Notes under the pieces: generated by a model
The model's database searches: none
What the model saw: the letters and a program-made list of their open reading frames with translations, nothing else
What the model was told of the DNA's origin: nothing
Origin: an uncultured Prolixibacteraceae bacterium
Lineage (GTDB): Bacteria; Bacteroidota; Bacteroidia; Bacteroidales; Prolixibacteraceae
Direction: 5' to 3'
Assembly: GCA_964443445.1 (NCBI GenBank)
Contig: CAYUEI010000001.1
Coordinates: 1-45,082 of the forward strand
DNA length: 45,082 nt
Shown: positions 9,516-21,200 of the stretch, in pieces
How the letters are laid out: every line of letters starts with the position of its first letter
Numbering within the stretch: position 1 is the stretch's first letter
Position numbers and translations under genes: made by a program

Positions 9516-10445
9516 TTATTGGACTTTTATAATTCTTTCTATATCATAATAATCGAAACCTCCATAATCGGAACAGTTACGCACCTTTTCGCCTGTTTGG
9601 ATATAAACATCTATCGGCGAAGAGATTTCATACCCTATAGTATTTCCTATTATTCCATTTTCTGACATAATGGTATCATTGCCTGTTTTTATTTTCCATC
9701 CCCAGCTGCATGCTGATTTGTCGGGATTAAAGGAAATAACCTGAGCATTGCTCTTTAGCATTGATAGATTGGCGACAGAAAGTTTTACCTTGTAGTCTTG
9801 AGGTTTAATTGTTTTATTGATAGAAGGATAGGGTGTTAAACTTATAAGGGCAATATTCAAATGATCGATAGTGGTATCTGTTGGTAAAACATTTGTATTT
9901 AATTCAGCAAACTGATATCCAATTCCAATAATTGAAAGTTTCATTCTAATCTCTGCATTGCCTTCCCAACAACAAATTGCTCCTTCCGGACATCTTGAAT
10001 CGTTAATTAAAGAATCGAAGCATAAGGTTGCCTGACCAAAAGTTGTTATGCATTTTCCATATTTTAATTCTATAGTATCTATAAAATCTGAATCCTCACA
10101 TTTAGTGTAGTCTGAAACATATATATTGCAATAATTAAAAGATTGGTATAGAGTTTTGCATCCCCTAATCTCATTTGTTTCAGGCAAACGAACTTTTACT
10201 TGTATCAGTTCTCCAGTTTTAAAATCATCCTGATTCAAATTAGCCGAATTGTAAATGTCTGACTCACTTTCTCCAAGTAACTTTCGGATAATCTTAGTGT
10301 CATTTGGAAACTGCAATAAACATGTATTGCAATTAAGATCATACCCTACAACTTCAGCGAGATAAAACTTGTCGAGAGTTTCTTCTTCCTTATTGCATCC
10401 AATCAGAATTATCAATATAGTTACAATGAATACTATTTTTTGCAT
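9516..10445 (-). CDS. Cys-rich lipoprotein, unknown function
   Basis: Start preferred at the internal ATG 10445, which gives a lipoprotein signal MQKIVFIVTILIILIGC. 14 further Cys in the mature chain, including CNTC and DSRCPEGAICCWEGNAEI. Confidence 0.6.
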   Translation of the reverse strand: MQKIVFIVTILIILIGCNKEEETLDKFYLAEVVGYDLNCNTCLLQFPNDTKIIRKLLGESESDIYNSANLNQDDFKTGELIQVKVRLPETNEIRGCKTLYQSFNYCNIYVSDYTKCEDSDFIDTIELKYGKCITTFGQATLCFDSLINDSRCPEGAICCWEGNAEIRMKLSIIGIGYQFAELNTNVLPTDTTIDHLNIALISLTPYPSINKTIKPQDYKVKLSVANLSMLKSNAQVISFNPDKSACSWGWKIKTGNDTIMSENGIIGNTIGYEISSPIDVYIQTGEKVRNCSDYGGFDYYDIERIIKVQ

Positions 10446-10593
10446 GTTTTGAGTTTTTATTGGAAGATGTATTATTTTTCTTTTTAGTTGCTTCATCTCT
10501 CGCTTTTTTTAATAAAAAACAGATGCATTATTTTAGATATTATAATACTTTGTAACTTGTGTCAGTTTTATTAATAATTTTAAAATATAAGCC

Positions 10594-12435
10594 ATGATTA
10601 ATCTAAATAAGTCGAAATTTCTTATTAGTGTATTTGCTTTATTGTATGCTGCGGTCTGTTTTGCCCAGCCTTCCGGTGGCCCTTACGGAACAGTAAACAA
10701 GGTTTACGAAGTTCCAAAGGATGCGGTCAATATTTATTATGTTGCTCCTGATGGAGTTGCAGATAATCAAGGAACGTCAATTGATGAACCTACAACAATA
10801 GAGGAAGCTGTAAAGAAAGCTGTAACAGGCGATGCTATTATAGTTCGCGGTGGTACATACCGAACAGGAAATCTTGTTTTTAACCAGGGTATTACCATTC
10901 AGGCTTACGCTGATGAACATCCAGTTTTTAAAGGTACTTATATTGCTGATAATTGGAAGGACCTTAAAAATGGACTCTGGAAAATAACATGGGATAACCT
11001 CTTTCCTCAAAAACCTGCTGACTGGTGGGGCAGAGATAGAAGTGGTAAATCGACACCCTTATTCCGCTTCAATGATGATATGGTTTTCATAGATGGTAAG
11101 TTCTTACAGTCTGCCGGTTATGAAGGAGAGGTAAATGAGAATTCATTTTATATTGACTATGACAGTAAAACTGTTTATATAGGTCAGGATCCAATAGGTA
11201 AAAGTATTGAGATAACTGCTTTCAATAGTGCAATGGTTAGAACAATCAAGGATTGCAACGGTAAGAAGTCGGATGGTAAAGGGCCTGTTATCAAAGGGAT
11301 TAAATTCACACAATATGCATACAGGGCTCTTGAGATTGAAGGTTATGAACCTGAAGGTATTGCCGATGAATCTACTTTCGGCAAGGATGTCGTCGGAACA
11401 GTAATTGAAAACTGTGAGATTTCCTTTTGCTCCAGAGTAGCAGGATATCTCCGAGGAGATAAAATGGTTATTCGTAATTGCAAAATAAGTGACACAAGCA
11501 CCGAAGGGATATATATTTTAAGTTCTAATGATGTACTGGTAGAAAAATGCGTTTTCACCAGAAACAATATTGAAAACATTGATGGATATTTTCCTGCTGC
11601 AGTAAAGATCTTTAATCAGACACACAGGGTTGTGTGTAACGATAATCATATTATTGACTTGCCTAATTCAAATGGTATTTGGTATGATGTAGGTAATGTT
11701 GATGGTGTTTTCATTAACAATCTTGTCGAGAACGTAGGAAATGTAGATGGAAAGTCGCCAACAAAATGGTTGTGGCCAAGTCAGAATGGTTTTTTCTTTG
11801 AGATTTCAAAGGGGGTAACTATTGCCGGTAATGTGTTTAAGAATTGTGATCATGGTTTGATGATACTAAATAGTTGTGATGCTCATATTTACCAAAATAC
11901 CTTTATAAATAGTATCGCATGTATTGGAAGAGATCAAAGAAGTGCACAAGGCGATCATTTTGGATGGCATCCTGCTACAGGTCCTGATGTTCATGAAAGG
12001 GTAGGGCACATCTTTGTAAATAATCTGATGGTTGGTGATGGCAATTACAACCGACCGCTAATGCTAATCTGGCAGCCTGATTTCATGTGTGGTAATCTTA
12101 AAGATTCTCCCATGAAAGAATTCGATAATAACATATTCTCCCAGGCAACTTCTACAGCTCCATTGATGTATTGGAGCCCTGTTGGTGGAGATAATTGCCA
12201 GCTTGAAGTAAGGGAACTATCAGAGCTTCAGAAATATTATCCTGAATTTAATAAAAACAGCACCAATATTTCAGGTAAGGGATTGATAATAAATGGAAGC
12301 TATTTGTCCGGAATAAGTCAGATAGGTTCAATAAAGAATATTGACAAAGCAGCCGTATTACCATTAAAGGTTGCAGCAATGCTGGGTCATTCAAAAAAGA
12401 CTAGACCTTATATTGGAGCATTTCCGATTAAGTAA
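10594..12435 (+). CDS. Secreted right-handed parallel beta-helix (pectin-lyase-fold) protein
   Basis: 613 aa with a signal peptide (ALLYAAVCFAQP). Repeated short beta-helix rungs: IENCEISF, IRNCKISD, VEKCVFTRN, AGNVFKNCDHG, IYQNTFINS. Confidence 0.7.
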   Translation: MINLNKSKFLISVFALLYAAVCFAQPSGGPYGTVNKVYEVPKDAVNIYYVAPDGVADNQGTSIDEPTTIEEAVKKAVTGDAIIVRGGTYRTGNLVFNQGITIQAYADEHPVFKGTYIADNWKDLKNGLWKITWDNLFPQKPADWWGRDRSGKSTPLFRFNDDMVFIDGKFLQSAGYEGEVNENSFYIDYDSKTVYIGQDPIGKSIEITAFNSAMVRTIKDCNGKKSDGKGPVIKGIKFTQYAYRALEIEGYEPEGIADESTFGKDVVGTVIENCEISFCSRVAGYLRGDKMVIRNCKISDTSTEGIYILSSNDVLVEKCVFTRNNIENIDGYFPAAVKIFNQTHRVVCNDNHIIDLPNSNGIWYDVGNVDGVFINNLVENVGNVDGKSPTKWLWPSQNGFFFEISKGVTIAGNVFKNCDHGLMILNSCDAHIYQNTFINSIACIGRDQRSAQGDHFGWHPATGPDVHERVGHIFVNNLMVGDGNYNRPLMLIWQPDFMCGNLKDSPMKEFDNNIFSQATSTAPLMYWSPVGGDNCQLEVRELSELQKYYPEFNKNSTNISGKGLIINGSYLSGISQIGSIKNIDKAAVLPLKVAAMLGHSKKTRPYIGAFPIK

Positions 12436-12454
12436 TTATGAAATGAAGTAAAAT

Positions 12455-12493
12455 AAAAAAAACCTGCTGGAAATAAAACCTGCAGGTTTTTTT
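12455..12493. terminator. Bidirectional intrinsic terminator between convergent genes
   Basis: The A-run + cctgc (to 12467) pairs with gcagg + T-run (from 12482), with a 14-nt loop. A-tract and T-tract flanks allow termination on both strands. Confidence 0.5.
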
Positions 12494-12501
12494 AAATCAG
12501 A

Positions 12502-13458
12502 TTATGCAGTAAGCGTTTTTACAACGGCAATTTTCTTTAAGGTAAATGAAAAGGTTGAACCCCTATTCTTACCTTCAGAGGCAGCAGACACTGTTCCTCC
12601 CATATGTTCAACAAGTTTCTTGACCATTGACAGGCCAAGGCCGGAGGAACCTTCACCTGCCGTGGGGCGTGCACTTAGCTTAACAAATTCACCAAATACT
12701 TTAGAAAGATCGTCTGCAGTCATTCCCAATCCTTCATCCTTAATATTTATTTCGAGGAATCCTTTACTAATTTCATTAAATATCCTGATTTTAGTACCCG
12801 GCATTGAATATTTGATAGCATTGCTGATAAGGTTTGAAAGTACACTATCTAAAGCTTCAGGATCGTAATAAGTATTTGGTATGTTTTCAGAAACATTGTT
12901 TTCAATTGTAATATTCTTATCAATTGCCAGGATAGTATGTTTTTGGATTACCTGGCTAATAATTCCAAAAATGTTTCCTTCTGTAAGGTTTTCAAGGCTT
13001 AATCCTTTTTCGAGTTTAGTATTATCAAGAATGCAGCATATCCTGTCGAGCATGGCCGAAGAGCTCTTCTTAATAGAAGACACCAGCTCACTTTGTTGTT
13101 GCGATAAATTAGGGATCTCTTCTTCGAGATATTCAGCAATCATATTTATTGAAGCAACCGGTGATCTGAGATCATGAACAACATTGCCAATATAATTATG
13201 GATGCTGTTTAGCTTATGTCTGTCATCTTCAAGTTCCTTTGATATTCTTCTGGTAAGGTTTACATATCTTGCTACAATAAAACCTCCTGTTAATCCTAAA
13301 ATCGAAGCTATAAAATAGTAAATAAAACCGGGATTGTAATTCAAAACATACAGACAAAACAAAATAGTAGCAAGATTGAATGTTATTACAAACAATAAAA
13401 TTGCCTTAATGTAACATACTGTACAATTCTTGTCTATCCTTGTGCCCTTTCTCCCCAC
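12502..13458 (-). CDS. Sensor histidine kinase (two TM helices with minimal loop, HisKA + HATPase_c); no cognate response regulator in window
   Basis: H-box HDLRSPV, N-box LSNLISNAIKYS, G1 DEGLGM, G2 GSSGLGLSMV. N-terminus has two closely spaced TM helices. Confidence 0.88.
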   Translation of the reverse strand: MGRKGTRIDKNCTVCYIKAILLFVITFNLATILFCLYVLNYNPGFIYYFIASILGLTGGFIVARYVNLTRRISKELEDDRHKLNSIHNYIGNVVHDLRSPVASINMIAEYLEEEIPNLSQQQSELVSSIKKSSSAMLDRICCILDNTKLEKGLSLENLTEGNIFGIISQVIQKHTILAIDKNITIENNVSENIPNTYYDPEALDSVLSNLISNAIKYSMPGTKIRIFNEISKGFLEINIKDEGLGMTADDLSKVFGEFVKLSARPTAGEGSSGLGLSMVKKLVEHMGGTVSAASEGKNRGSTFSFTLKKIAVVKTLTA

Positions 13459-13546
13459 TATTGCTTAATCAAATAAATGAAAATGATAATCAAATGCTTA
13501 ATCCCCTTTTTAAATATAGGAAAGATTTTTTAATATCCAAATTGTT

Positions 13547-15193
13547 CTATATAAAATTCATAACACCGTTTATCACAACGTTGTTTATTCCCATTTTCTT
13601 AGCTGATAGAACAGCATCTTCCTTAGAATGAACAATAGGTTCTCCTTTTGAATTGAAGGATGTATTTATAAGTGCTTTGATATTATAGTTTTCATCGAGA
13701 GCTGAAAGAAGATCATATATATACGGATTATCTTCCTTTGAAAATATTGTTTGTATTCTTGCTGTACCGTTTGAATGAATAACACCCGGAATCTCAGTTT
13801 GTTTGTCATCAGGAATTTTAATGTCCAGAAGCATGTATTTGGTAAGGTGGTTAATATTGTTGGTTTTAGTATAGTACTTTACATTTTTTTCCAGCATTAT
13901 CGGGGCAACCGGACGATACCACTCCCTTTGTTTGTGTTCAATACTGACTTTGTTTGCTAAAGCTTTGGTAGGCAAGGACAGTATACACCTGTTGCCCAGG
14001 GAGCGTGGTCCTGCTTCTCCATACCCGTTGCATACGGCAACAACATTGCCTTCAGCAAGTTTCTGAGCAGCTGTTTGAATGTCTTCAGCAGTATAATTAG
14101 TAATATAATCTTCAATACCCCAATTGTTAAGGTAAGGACTGCACTTTTTTATTGGATTGCCTTTTTTCCACTCTAAATAAGAAGCTGCACCAAGAGAAAG
14201 TCCAGAGTCTTCTGCACAGGGGGGTATAAATATTTTATCAAAAATTGTGCTGTCGACAATAGCTGAATTGGTGTGTATATTCAAAGCGCAACCTCCGGTA
14301 TAGTAAAGATTCTTACAACCTGTCAGAGTGTTTAGGTCATCAAGTTTCAGAAGGGTTTCCCGCATGAAAAGTTCCTGAATTGTTGCAGCGATATCCTGTA
14401 AAAATGTGTTTCTCTGGTCGAAAGACTTCATGTCAATATTAAAATCTGATTTTGCCTTTTCAAAGAATATTGATCGTTTTCCCCATATATTTTCAAACCA
14501 GTTATTCTGACGTAACCAGAAGTCAATTTCTTCATTGTAATTACCAAGAGCTGCGTATCCCATAAGTTTTCCGGGCACACTGTTCTGATCTTCAATTCCT
14601 GCTCCAATTATTCCAAATGTGAGGGCATTTGCATTATATAGAGATGTGAAATGTTTTAATTCCCAATGATGCTCAACCGGGACAATTTTTCCCATTCGAT
14701 ATATCCATGCTGAAAAGTTGGATAAGCTTGCTCCTCCGTCGAAGTGAACTAACAGACTGTTTTCTTCAAACTCGCCATAAAAGGGAAGACACGAAAATAT
14801 ATGGGCTAATTCATGGTTGAGGATGTAACTGTCAAGTTCTCTATCAAACCACCATAATTTACCCTTTTCATGTTCTTTGGTAAGCTTTAAATTTAATGGC
14901 GATTCAAACCTTATCTGCCCGTTGGAGCTAATAAAAGAACGTCCTACAATATTATCAACAAAGACAACATCAAAATCGGTAATTACATTATTAGAATCTT
15001 TTATAATTTGAGGAAGATGGACGTAAAGTTTATTGTCCCTCTTATAACGTGTAATTCTTTCAAGCTGCAGGAAATTTGTTATTTCACCTTTATTGGCTAT
15101 AGTTATATTATGATCATGGACATACTGCGGATACTGTGTGTCCATTCTGTCTTGAATTCCATAAACCCCTAAAGTCACCCTGCCCTCATCCAT
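13547..15193 (-). CDS. Carbamoyltransferase, NodU/CmcH family
   Basis: 548 aa. Family motifs seen: NHELAHIFS, DGGAS, YYTGGCALNIHTN, PPCAEDSGLSLGAA, GEAGPRSLGNRCIL, REWYRPVAPIM, HSNGTARIQT, NTSFNSKGEPIV. Confidence 0.85.
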   Translation of the reverse strand: MDEGRVTLGVYGIQDRMDTQYPQYVHDHNITIANKGEITNFLQLERITRYKRDNKLYVHLPQIIKDSNNVITDFDVVFVDNIVGRSFISSNGQIRFESPLNLKLTKEHEKGKLWWFDRELDSYILNHELAHIFSCLPFYGEFEENSLLVHFDGGASLSNFSAWIYRMGKIVPVEHHWELKHFTSLYNANALTFGIIGAGIEDQNSVPGKLMGYAALGNYNEEIDFWLRQNNWFENIWGKRSIFFEKAKSDFNIDMKSFDQRNTFLQDIAATIQELFMRETLLKLDDLNTLTGCKNLYYTGGCALNIHTNSAIVDSTIFDKIFIPPCAEDSGLSLGAASYLEWKKGNPIKKCSPYLNNWGIEDYITNYTAEDIQTAAQKLAEGNVVAVCNGYGEAGPRSLGNRCILSLPTKALANKVSIEHKQREWYRPVAPIMLEKNVKYYTKTNNINHLTKYMLLDIKIPDDKQTEIPGVIHSNGTARIQTIFSKEDNPYIYDLLSALDENYNIKALINTSFNSKGEPIVHSKEDAVLSAKKMGINNVVINGVMNFI

Positions 15194-16170
15194 TCAAATA
15201 CGAATTGTAATGAAAATGATAATACAATAATAAGTATGAAAAAGAATTCAGCCCAAAACCTCCGGCGCATAAATGAAAGATAGCTTGTAATGAAAAATGA
15301 TATTGGTAAAACTGTCAATACAATTAATTCGTAAGAAACAAAAGGAAAAATAAGGAAAATTAATGAAGAAAAGAAGAAGAAGAATAATATTTTAAAGTAA
15401 CGTCTAACCCTGATTTTTTCCTCATCGTATTGTTTTAATACGAACATGCTGGATATCAGTGTAATTAATCCTATTAATGCAAAGTATCCTATTAATACAA
15501 AATCACGAATAATAGTAGTGTTTTTAAATTTTAGATAGTTTAAAATATTATCGATAAAGACGTTCGTATTGTTTGTGGCATAGTAAAATGTGAACACAAA
15601 AAGCCAGGGTAGTAAAAGTCCTATGAATGGAGTAACAACTTCTCTCCAGCTGATTTTACCCCTTAGATTAAAAAGGCTTATTGGTATCAGAATAACTAAC
15701 AGGTTGGCACTTAAATAAAATAAACCTGCAATTCCGGTTAGAAAACCTGCATTAAAGGCATTCATAATCGAATTATTCTTTTCAAAAGAGTCGAAAATAG
15801 TGTTTATAGCCAAAAGACAAAAGACCCCGGAGATAAGAACAGGATTGAAAAAATGAAGTTCGGGAATAGTGTATATGATGAATAGAAAAAGATATGAAGG
15901 AAGGAATGTCCTTTCTTTAATGAAGGCAAATCTGGCATTTGTGATAAGGAGCTGAAAACAAATTAGTAAAACAGAGATAAAGCTTAAGAGGATTAAGACT
16001 TCATATTTGATTTTTGACAAGTCAATTTGAGGGAAAGCCGGTGTGATAAATGAATAACTAACGGCATACATCCCTTTTGTATCGAGGTATGATTTAATAA
16101 GCAACAGAGCCCCAAAAATCGGAAGCAGAATAAAGTTATAAACACTATTTGCCCTGAATATCCGAAGCAT
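15175..16170 (-). CDS. Polytopic integral membrane protein, unknown function
   Basis: 331 aa, hydrophobic throughout (about 9 predicted helices by eye). Its 3' end overlaps the carbamoyltransferase start by 19 nt, which suggests coupling. Confidence 0.6.
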   Translation of the reverse strand: MLRIFRANSVYNFILLPIFGALLLIKSYLDTKGMYAVSYSFITPAFPQIDLSKIKYEVLILLSFISVLLICFQLLITNARFAFIKERTFLPSYLFLFIIYTIPELHFFNPVLISGVFCLLAINTIFDSFEKNNSIMNAFNAGFLTGIAGLFYLSANLLVILIPISLFNLRGKISWREVVTPFIGLLLPWLFVFTFYYATNNTNVFIDNILNYLKFKNTTIIRDFVLIGYFALIGLITLISSMFVLKQYDEEKIRVRRYFKILFFFFFSSLIFLIFPFVSYELIVLTVLPISFFITSYLSFMRRRFWAEFFFILIIVLSFSLQFVFEWMRAG

Positions 16171-16182
16171 CTTATTTTATGA

Positions 16183-17463
16183 TTAGATGAACCTTAATAG
16201 ATCTTTTCCAAGGTCTTTTCTGTAATAACTTCCTTCAAAGTTAATTTTAGAAGCACTTATATATGAAAGTTCAAGTGCTTCAGAAAAGGTTTTTCCATAG
16301 GAACTGACAGATAGAACCCTTCCTCCCGCTGTTACTGTATTGCCATTGCTGATAGCAGTTCCAGCATGAAAAACAATACTTTCTGTTATATCTTCAGCTC
16401 CGGTAATTATTTTTCCCTTTTCATAATCGCCGGGATATCCGCCCGATACCATCATTACTGTTACAGCAGAACGCTCATCGGAGATTAATGTCTTTTCGCT
16501 AAGATTATTAAATGCAACTCCTTCCAGTAAGTCAACGAAGTCAGATTTTATTCTGAGCATTACGGCTTCTGTTTCAGGATCTCCCATCCTGACATTGTAT
16601 TCAATGACATATGGATCGCCGTCACAGTTTATTAAACCAAAGAAAATGAATCCTTTATAATTGATGTTTTCATTCTTTAATCCGATGATAGTAGGTTTGA
16701 TAATCCTTTCTTCAACCTTTGTCATAAAATTCTTATCGGCAAATGGGACAGGAGAAACTGCTCCCATTCCTCCGGTATTAAGCCCGGTATCACCTTCTCC
16801 AATTCTTTTGTAATCTTTGGCTTCAGGTAGAATTTTATAATCGTTGCCATCTGTAATAGCAAATACTGAAAGCTCAATTCCTGAAAGAAACTGTTCAATA
16901 ACAACCTTTTGGCTTGCACTTCCAAATTTACCTCCCAGCATTTCATTAAGTTCAGTAACCGCCTCGTCAAAGGAATCAAGAATGACAACACCCTTGCCTG
17001 CTGCAAGGCCATCGGCCTTAAGAACAAAAGGAGGTTTGAGTGTTTTCATAAACGCTTTAGCCTTTTCAATCTCTCCAGCTTCAAAAGTTTCATATCTGGC
17101 AGTAGGAATATTATTTTTTATCATAAAAGCCTTTGCAAAGTCCTTGCTCCCTTCAAGCATAGCACCTGCTTTAACAGGTCCCACCACAGGAATGTTATTC
17201 AACTGATTATCAGCAAGGATATTGTCGTGTAAACCTTCAACAAGAGGAACTTCCGGACCGACAAGGATGAAATCTATTTTATTTTTAATTACAATTTCTT
17301 TAAAAGCATTGAAATCGGAATATTTAACAGAAAGGTTTTCTCCCAAATCTTTAGTACCGGCATTACCGGGCATAAAGAATATTTTTTCAACTTTTGGACT
17401 TTGCTTAATCTTCCATCCGAGAGCATGTTCCCTTCCTCCCGATCCGATAATAAGTATTTTCAT
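16183..17463 (-). CDS. purD: Phosphoribosylamine--glycine ligase
   Basis: 426 aa. [19 protein letters not shown]-terminus, ATP-grasp core, and [30 protein letters not shown] motifs. Confidence 0.95.
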   Translation of the reverse strand: MKILIIGSGGREHALGWKIKQSPKVEKIFFMPGNAGTKDLGENLSVKYSDFNAFKEIVIKNKIDFILVGPEVPLVEGLHDNILADNQLNNIPVVGPVKAGAMLEGSKDFAKAFMIKNNIPTARYETFEAGEIEKAKAFMKTLKPPFVLKADGLAAGKGVVILDSFDEAVTELNEMLGGKFGSASQKVVIEQFLSGIELSVFAITDGNDYKILPEAKDYKRIGEGDTGLNTGGMGAVSPVPFADKNFMTKVEERIIKPTIIGLKNENINYKGFIFFGLINCDGDPYVIEYNVRMGDPETEAVMLRIKSDFVDLLEGVAFNNLSEKTLISDERSAVTVMMVSGGYPGDYEKGKIITGAEDITESIVFHAGTAISNGNTVTAGGRVLSVSSYGKTFSEALELSYISASKINFEGSYYRKDLGKDLLRFI

Positions 17464-17474
17464 AAAATGTAATG

Positions 17475-18191
17475 TTAAGCCCTGTTGCGGCGTTTATGGA
17501 GTGATTCTCTCATCCTGAGTAGATTCTTAATCCAATTTGCCGTATAGATAGGGCGTGTTTTATTAAATTCTATTCTTCTGAAAGAATAGCCCTGAGCTTT
17601 TAATAATTCAATTACTCTTGGCAAGGCAGCCAATACGTTTTTCTCTGCTTTATATGAATCGTGAAAGGTAATTATTGACCCGTCACGAACAAATTCCATT
17701 ACGTTGGAAATGCAATTCTCAACAGACAAATGGGAATCATAATCACAGCTTATAACATCCCACATGATGATTTTATATTTTGCTTTTAACTTTTTAAATT
17801 GAGAATTCTTTAATAATCCGTATGGAGGCCTGAAAAGATTAGATTTAATAAGCTTATTTGCTTTTTCAATGTTTTCAAAATAAAAACTATCAGAGCATTT
17901 GAATCCTTTAATATGATTGAATGTATGATTACCAACGAGATGTCCTTCTTCCAATATTTCATTAAAAATATCGGGGTACTTTGTTACGTTTTCACCAACA
18001 CAAAAGAAGGTTGCTTTAACATCATATTCTTTCAGAATATTTAATACTGAATGTGTAACTTCAGGAACAGGCCCGTCATCAAAGGTGAGATAAACAATCT
18101 TCTCACCTGTTGGCAAATGCCAGTAAGCATCAGGAAACATGCCCGTAAACCATCCCGGTAAGTGAACATTCAAATTGAACCATTTACTCAT
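17475..18191 (-). CDS. Polysaccharide deacetylase (CE4, NodB-homology domain)
   Basis: NodB-box motifs LTFDDGP and GNHTFNH. 238 aa. Confidence 0.85.
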   Translation of the reverse strand: MSKWFNLNVHLPGWFTGMFPDAYWHLPTGEKIVYLTFDDGPVPEVTHSVLNILKEYDVKATFFCVGENVTKYPDIFNEILEEGHLVGNHTFNHIKGFKCSDSFYFENIEKANKLIKSNLFRPPYGLLKNSQFKKLKAKYKIIMWDVISCDYDSHLSVENCISNVMEFVRDGSIITFHDSYKAEKNVLAALPRVIELLKAQGYSFRRIEFNKTRPIYTANWIKNLLRMRESLHKRRNRA

Positions 18192-18222
18192 TTTTTTAAT
18201 TCTTGAGTTTCAATTTTTTTCT

Positions 18223-21200
18223 TTACAACGCAACAAGCATGTCATAATACTTCTCAAAATCTGTTTTGATTTTATTATGTAGTTCAGGAATACCCATTTT
18301 CTCAGTCATTATTGCTAATTCATTCAGGTAATAGATGTTGCTCCTAAGTTGATTATCAAGAAGCGTAAGATCTTTTGTCCTCAGTGAAAAATAAAATTTC
18401 AAATCTGAAGTAAAGTCGTCAGACATTTCCCTTATCATTTTTGTTGCTTTTTCAGTTTCCCCCATTTGGAGATATAATTTAGCTGCAAGAAGAGAAATAT
18501 AATCATGAGGTATTTTTTCAATAGGAATTTCCTTGAAACACCTATCCAAAACCTGTATGCTTTGAGATTTCTTGCCTTCAAGATAAAGGGCTTCAGCTAA
18601 ACGATTGAAGTTATTCCTCATATTATTCAACATTCTTCTATTGTTTTCATCTGCATAGACATCAGGATCGTTTACGTTGCCCCATTTGAATTTGTTCATA
18701 ATATTGTTATACATTATGTCAGTATCTACATACCCATTCTGGGTGTTTTTAGTTGAGCTAAGCACAGGTACAATTCTGTTAGCAAGGCCTTCCAGCTTGA
18801 AGTATTTATCAAGACTCATAAATTTTTCGGGTCCGACAGATATTGCATAATAAATTGGACGTTTCCAGTTGTTGTTGTATATCATATCAAGTATCATAAG
18901 CTGATCTTTGGAGATGTAGTTGCCGGTCAGCTCGATAAACATAGTGTCAACAATCTTTGAATAATCCTTCTGAGGAACAACGCCATTAGCTATTACAGCA
19001 TTCTTGTCAACTTTCATATATAGATTACGTACCGGAAGATAAGCAGCGTTTTCTGCTCTTGCAATCTTTGTTTTTGGGTTATCATCTTTAATGAATTCAA
19101 GGGCTTTGCCAAGTTCAATGCTTTTATCCTTAAATCGTGGGTCATCCATAAGATAAACTACATCTCTAATACCCATTACATATTGATCGTATTTAAAGCT
19201 GATAGGTAGTGGTTCAGATTTGTAAGCTTTTCTTTGCATCTGCTCTATATACCAGTCGGTTTGGAGATAGCTTAAATTACAAACTCTCTTGTCTGTACCT
19301 ACTCCTTCTACTTCCTGATTGTACCACAGCGGATAAGTATCATTGTCTCCGTTGGTGAAAATAACTCCATTGGGTTGAACCGATTCCAGATAGTTGAATC
19401 CGAAGTCACGGGCTGACGTTCTGCCTGAACGGTCATGATCATCCCAGTTTTGTGCAGCCAGCAAAACAGGTACAGCAATAAGTGAAACAGCTGTAGCAGT
19501 TGTAGCTGATATTTTTTCAGAAGCGATTTTTTTAATAAGATTGTAAAGAAAAGCAACTCCCATTCCAATCCATATTGAAAAGGCATAAAAAGAACCTGCA
19601 AATGCATAGTCACGTTCTCTGGGCTGATTAGGATACTGGTTAAGGTAAACAACAATTGCCAGTCCGGTAAAGAAAAATAACAGGAATACTACCCATAAAT
19701 CTTTCTTGCCCTGGCTTCCTGCCCTGAATTGAAATATTATTCCAAGTAGTCCTAATATCAATGGTAAGAAGAAATAAGTATTGCGACCCGGGTTATCGGC
19801 AAATTTCTTTGGAAGATAATCCTGATTACCAAGACGGGCTTCATCAATGAATTTAATACCACTTATCCAGTTTCCATCGATAACATTGCCGTGTCCCTGA
19901 ATATCACTCTGCCGTCCAACGAAATTCCACATGAAATAACGCCAGTACATGAATTTTAACTGGTAGTTAACAAAAAACCTTATATTCTCGGCAAAAGTAG
20001 GTTTGGTAATAGTTTCTGTTTCCCCTGAAGAATTTCGGATAGTCTTTTTTATTCCTTTGATTTTGCCCCAGTATTGATATGATTCTATATGTTGGGGATC
20101 ACTTTTACTCCACATTCTGGGGAAGAAAGTACAAAACTCATCGTCGTAATTTGGTTTAAATCTTTCAGTAGCAACAACATACTTTCCTTTTTTAACTCTG
20201 TATTCTTTTTTATCTACAGAAGAGGGATTGTTTCTGTCTGTTGGAGTATTGTAGTACTGACCGTAGAACAAAGGGCGGTCGCCATATTGCTCACGGTTTA
20301 AAAATGAAAGTAAAGCAAATGCATTGTTTGGAGTGTTCTGGTTCATCGGAGGAAAAGCATTCGAACGTATAGGAATGATTGCATAAGTAGAAAAACCAAT
20401 CAGGATTACAGTAAATCCTAATACTATAGTATTTAAAAGAACTTTTCCTTTTTTATGGGTATAATAAATAGCCCATGCTATTAAAGCAATAAGACCTAAG
20501 AGATATATGATGAATCCGGTATGGACTGGAGCACCTATGCCGTTAACGAATATTCTTTCGAAAACAGTAGCCAGATTTACTACTCCAGGGATTATAACAT
20601 AGAGGATAACAGCAAGAATAACAGCTGAAATTCCTAAAGCCCATATAATACCTTTGTTAGTTACTTTATATCTTTTATAGTAATAAATAAATGCAATTGC
20701 AGGGATAGCAAGAAGGTTCAAAAGGTGAACACCAATTGAAAGACCTGCAAGATAGCATATCAGGATAAGCCATCTGTTTGAATATTTTTCATCAGCAACA
20801 TTTTCCCATTTTAGTATTGCCCAGAATACAATGGCAGTAAAGAATGAAGAAGTGCCATATACTTCAGCTTCAACAGCAGAAAACCAGAATGTATCTGAAA
20901 ATGTATAAGCAAGTCCACCTACAAGCCCGCTACCAAGTATAGCAATAGTTTGTCCCAATGTTGGATTCTCGTCCTTAGTAATTAGTCTTTTTGTAAGATG
21001 AGTAATCGACCAGAATAAAAATGCAATAGTGAATGCACTGGCCAGAGCCGAAAGTATATTCATCATTACTGCTGCTCCCTGAGCAGTTGAAAATATGGTA
21101 AAGAACCTTCCCAAAAGCATGAATAAAGGTGCCCCTGGGGGATGACCTACTTCCATTTTAAATGCAGTAGTAATAAACTCTCCACAATCCCAAAAGCTGG

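Noticed and set aside
10446-10496. 17-codon extension upstream of the lipoprotein signal peptide.
   Set aside because: The ATG at 10445 gives a canonical lipoprotein signal with lipobox LIGC. The basic extension is unnecessary.
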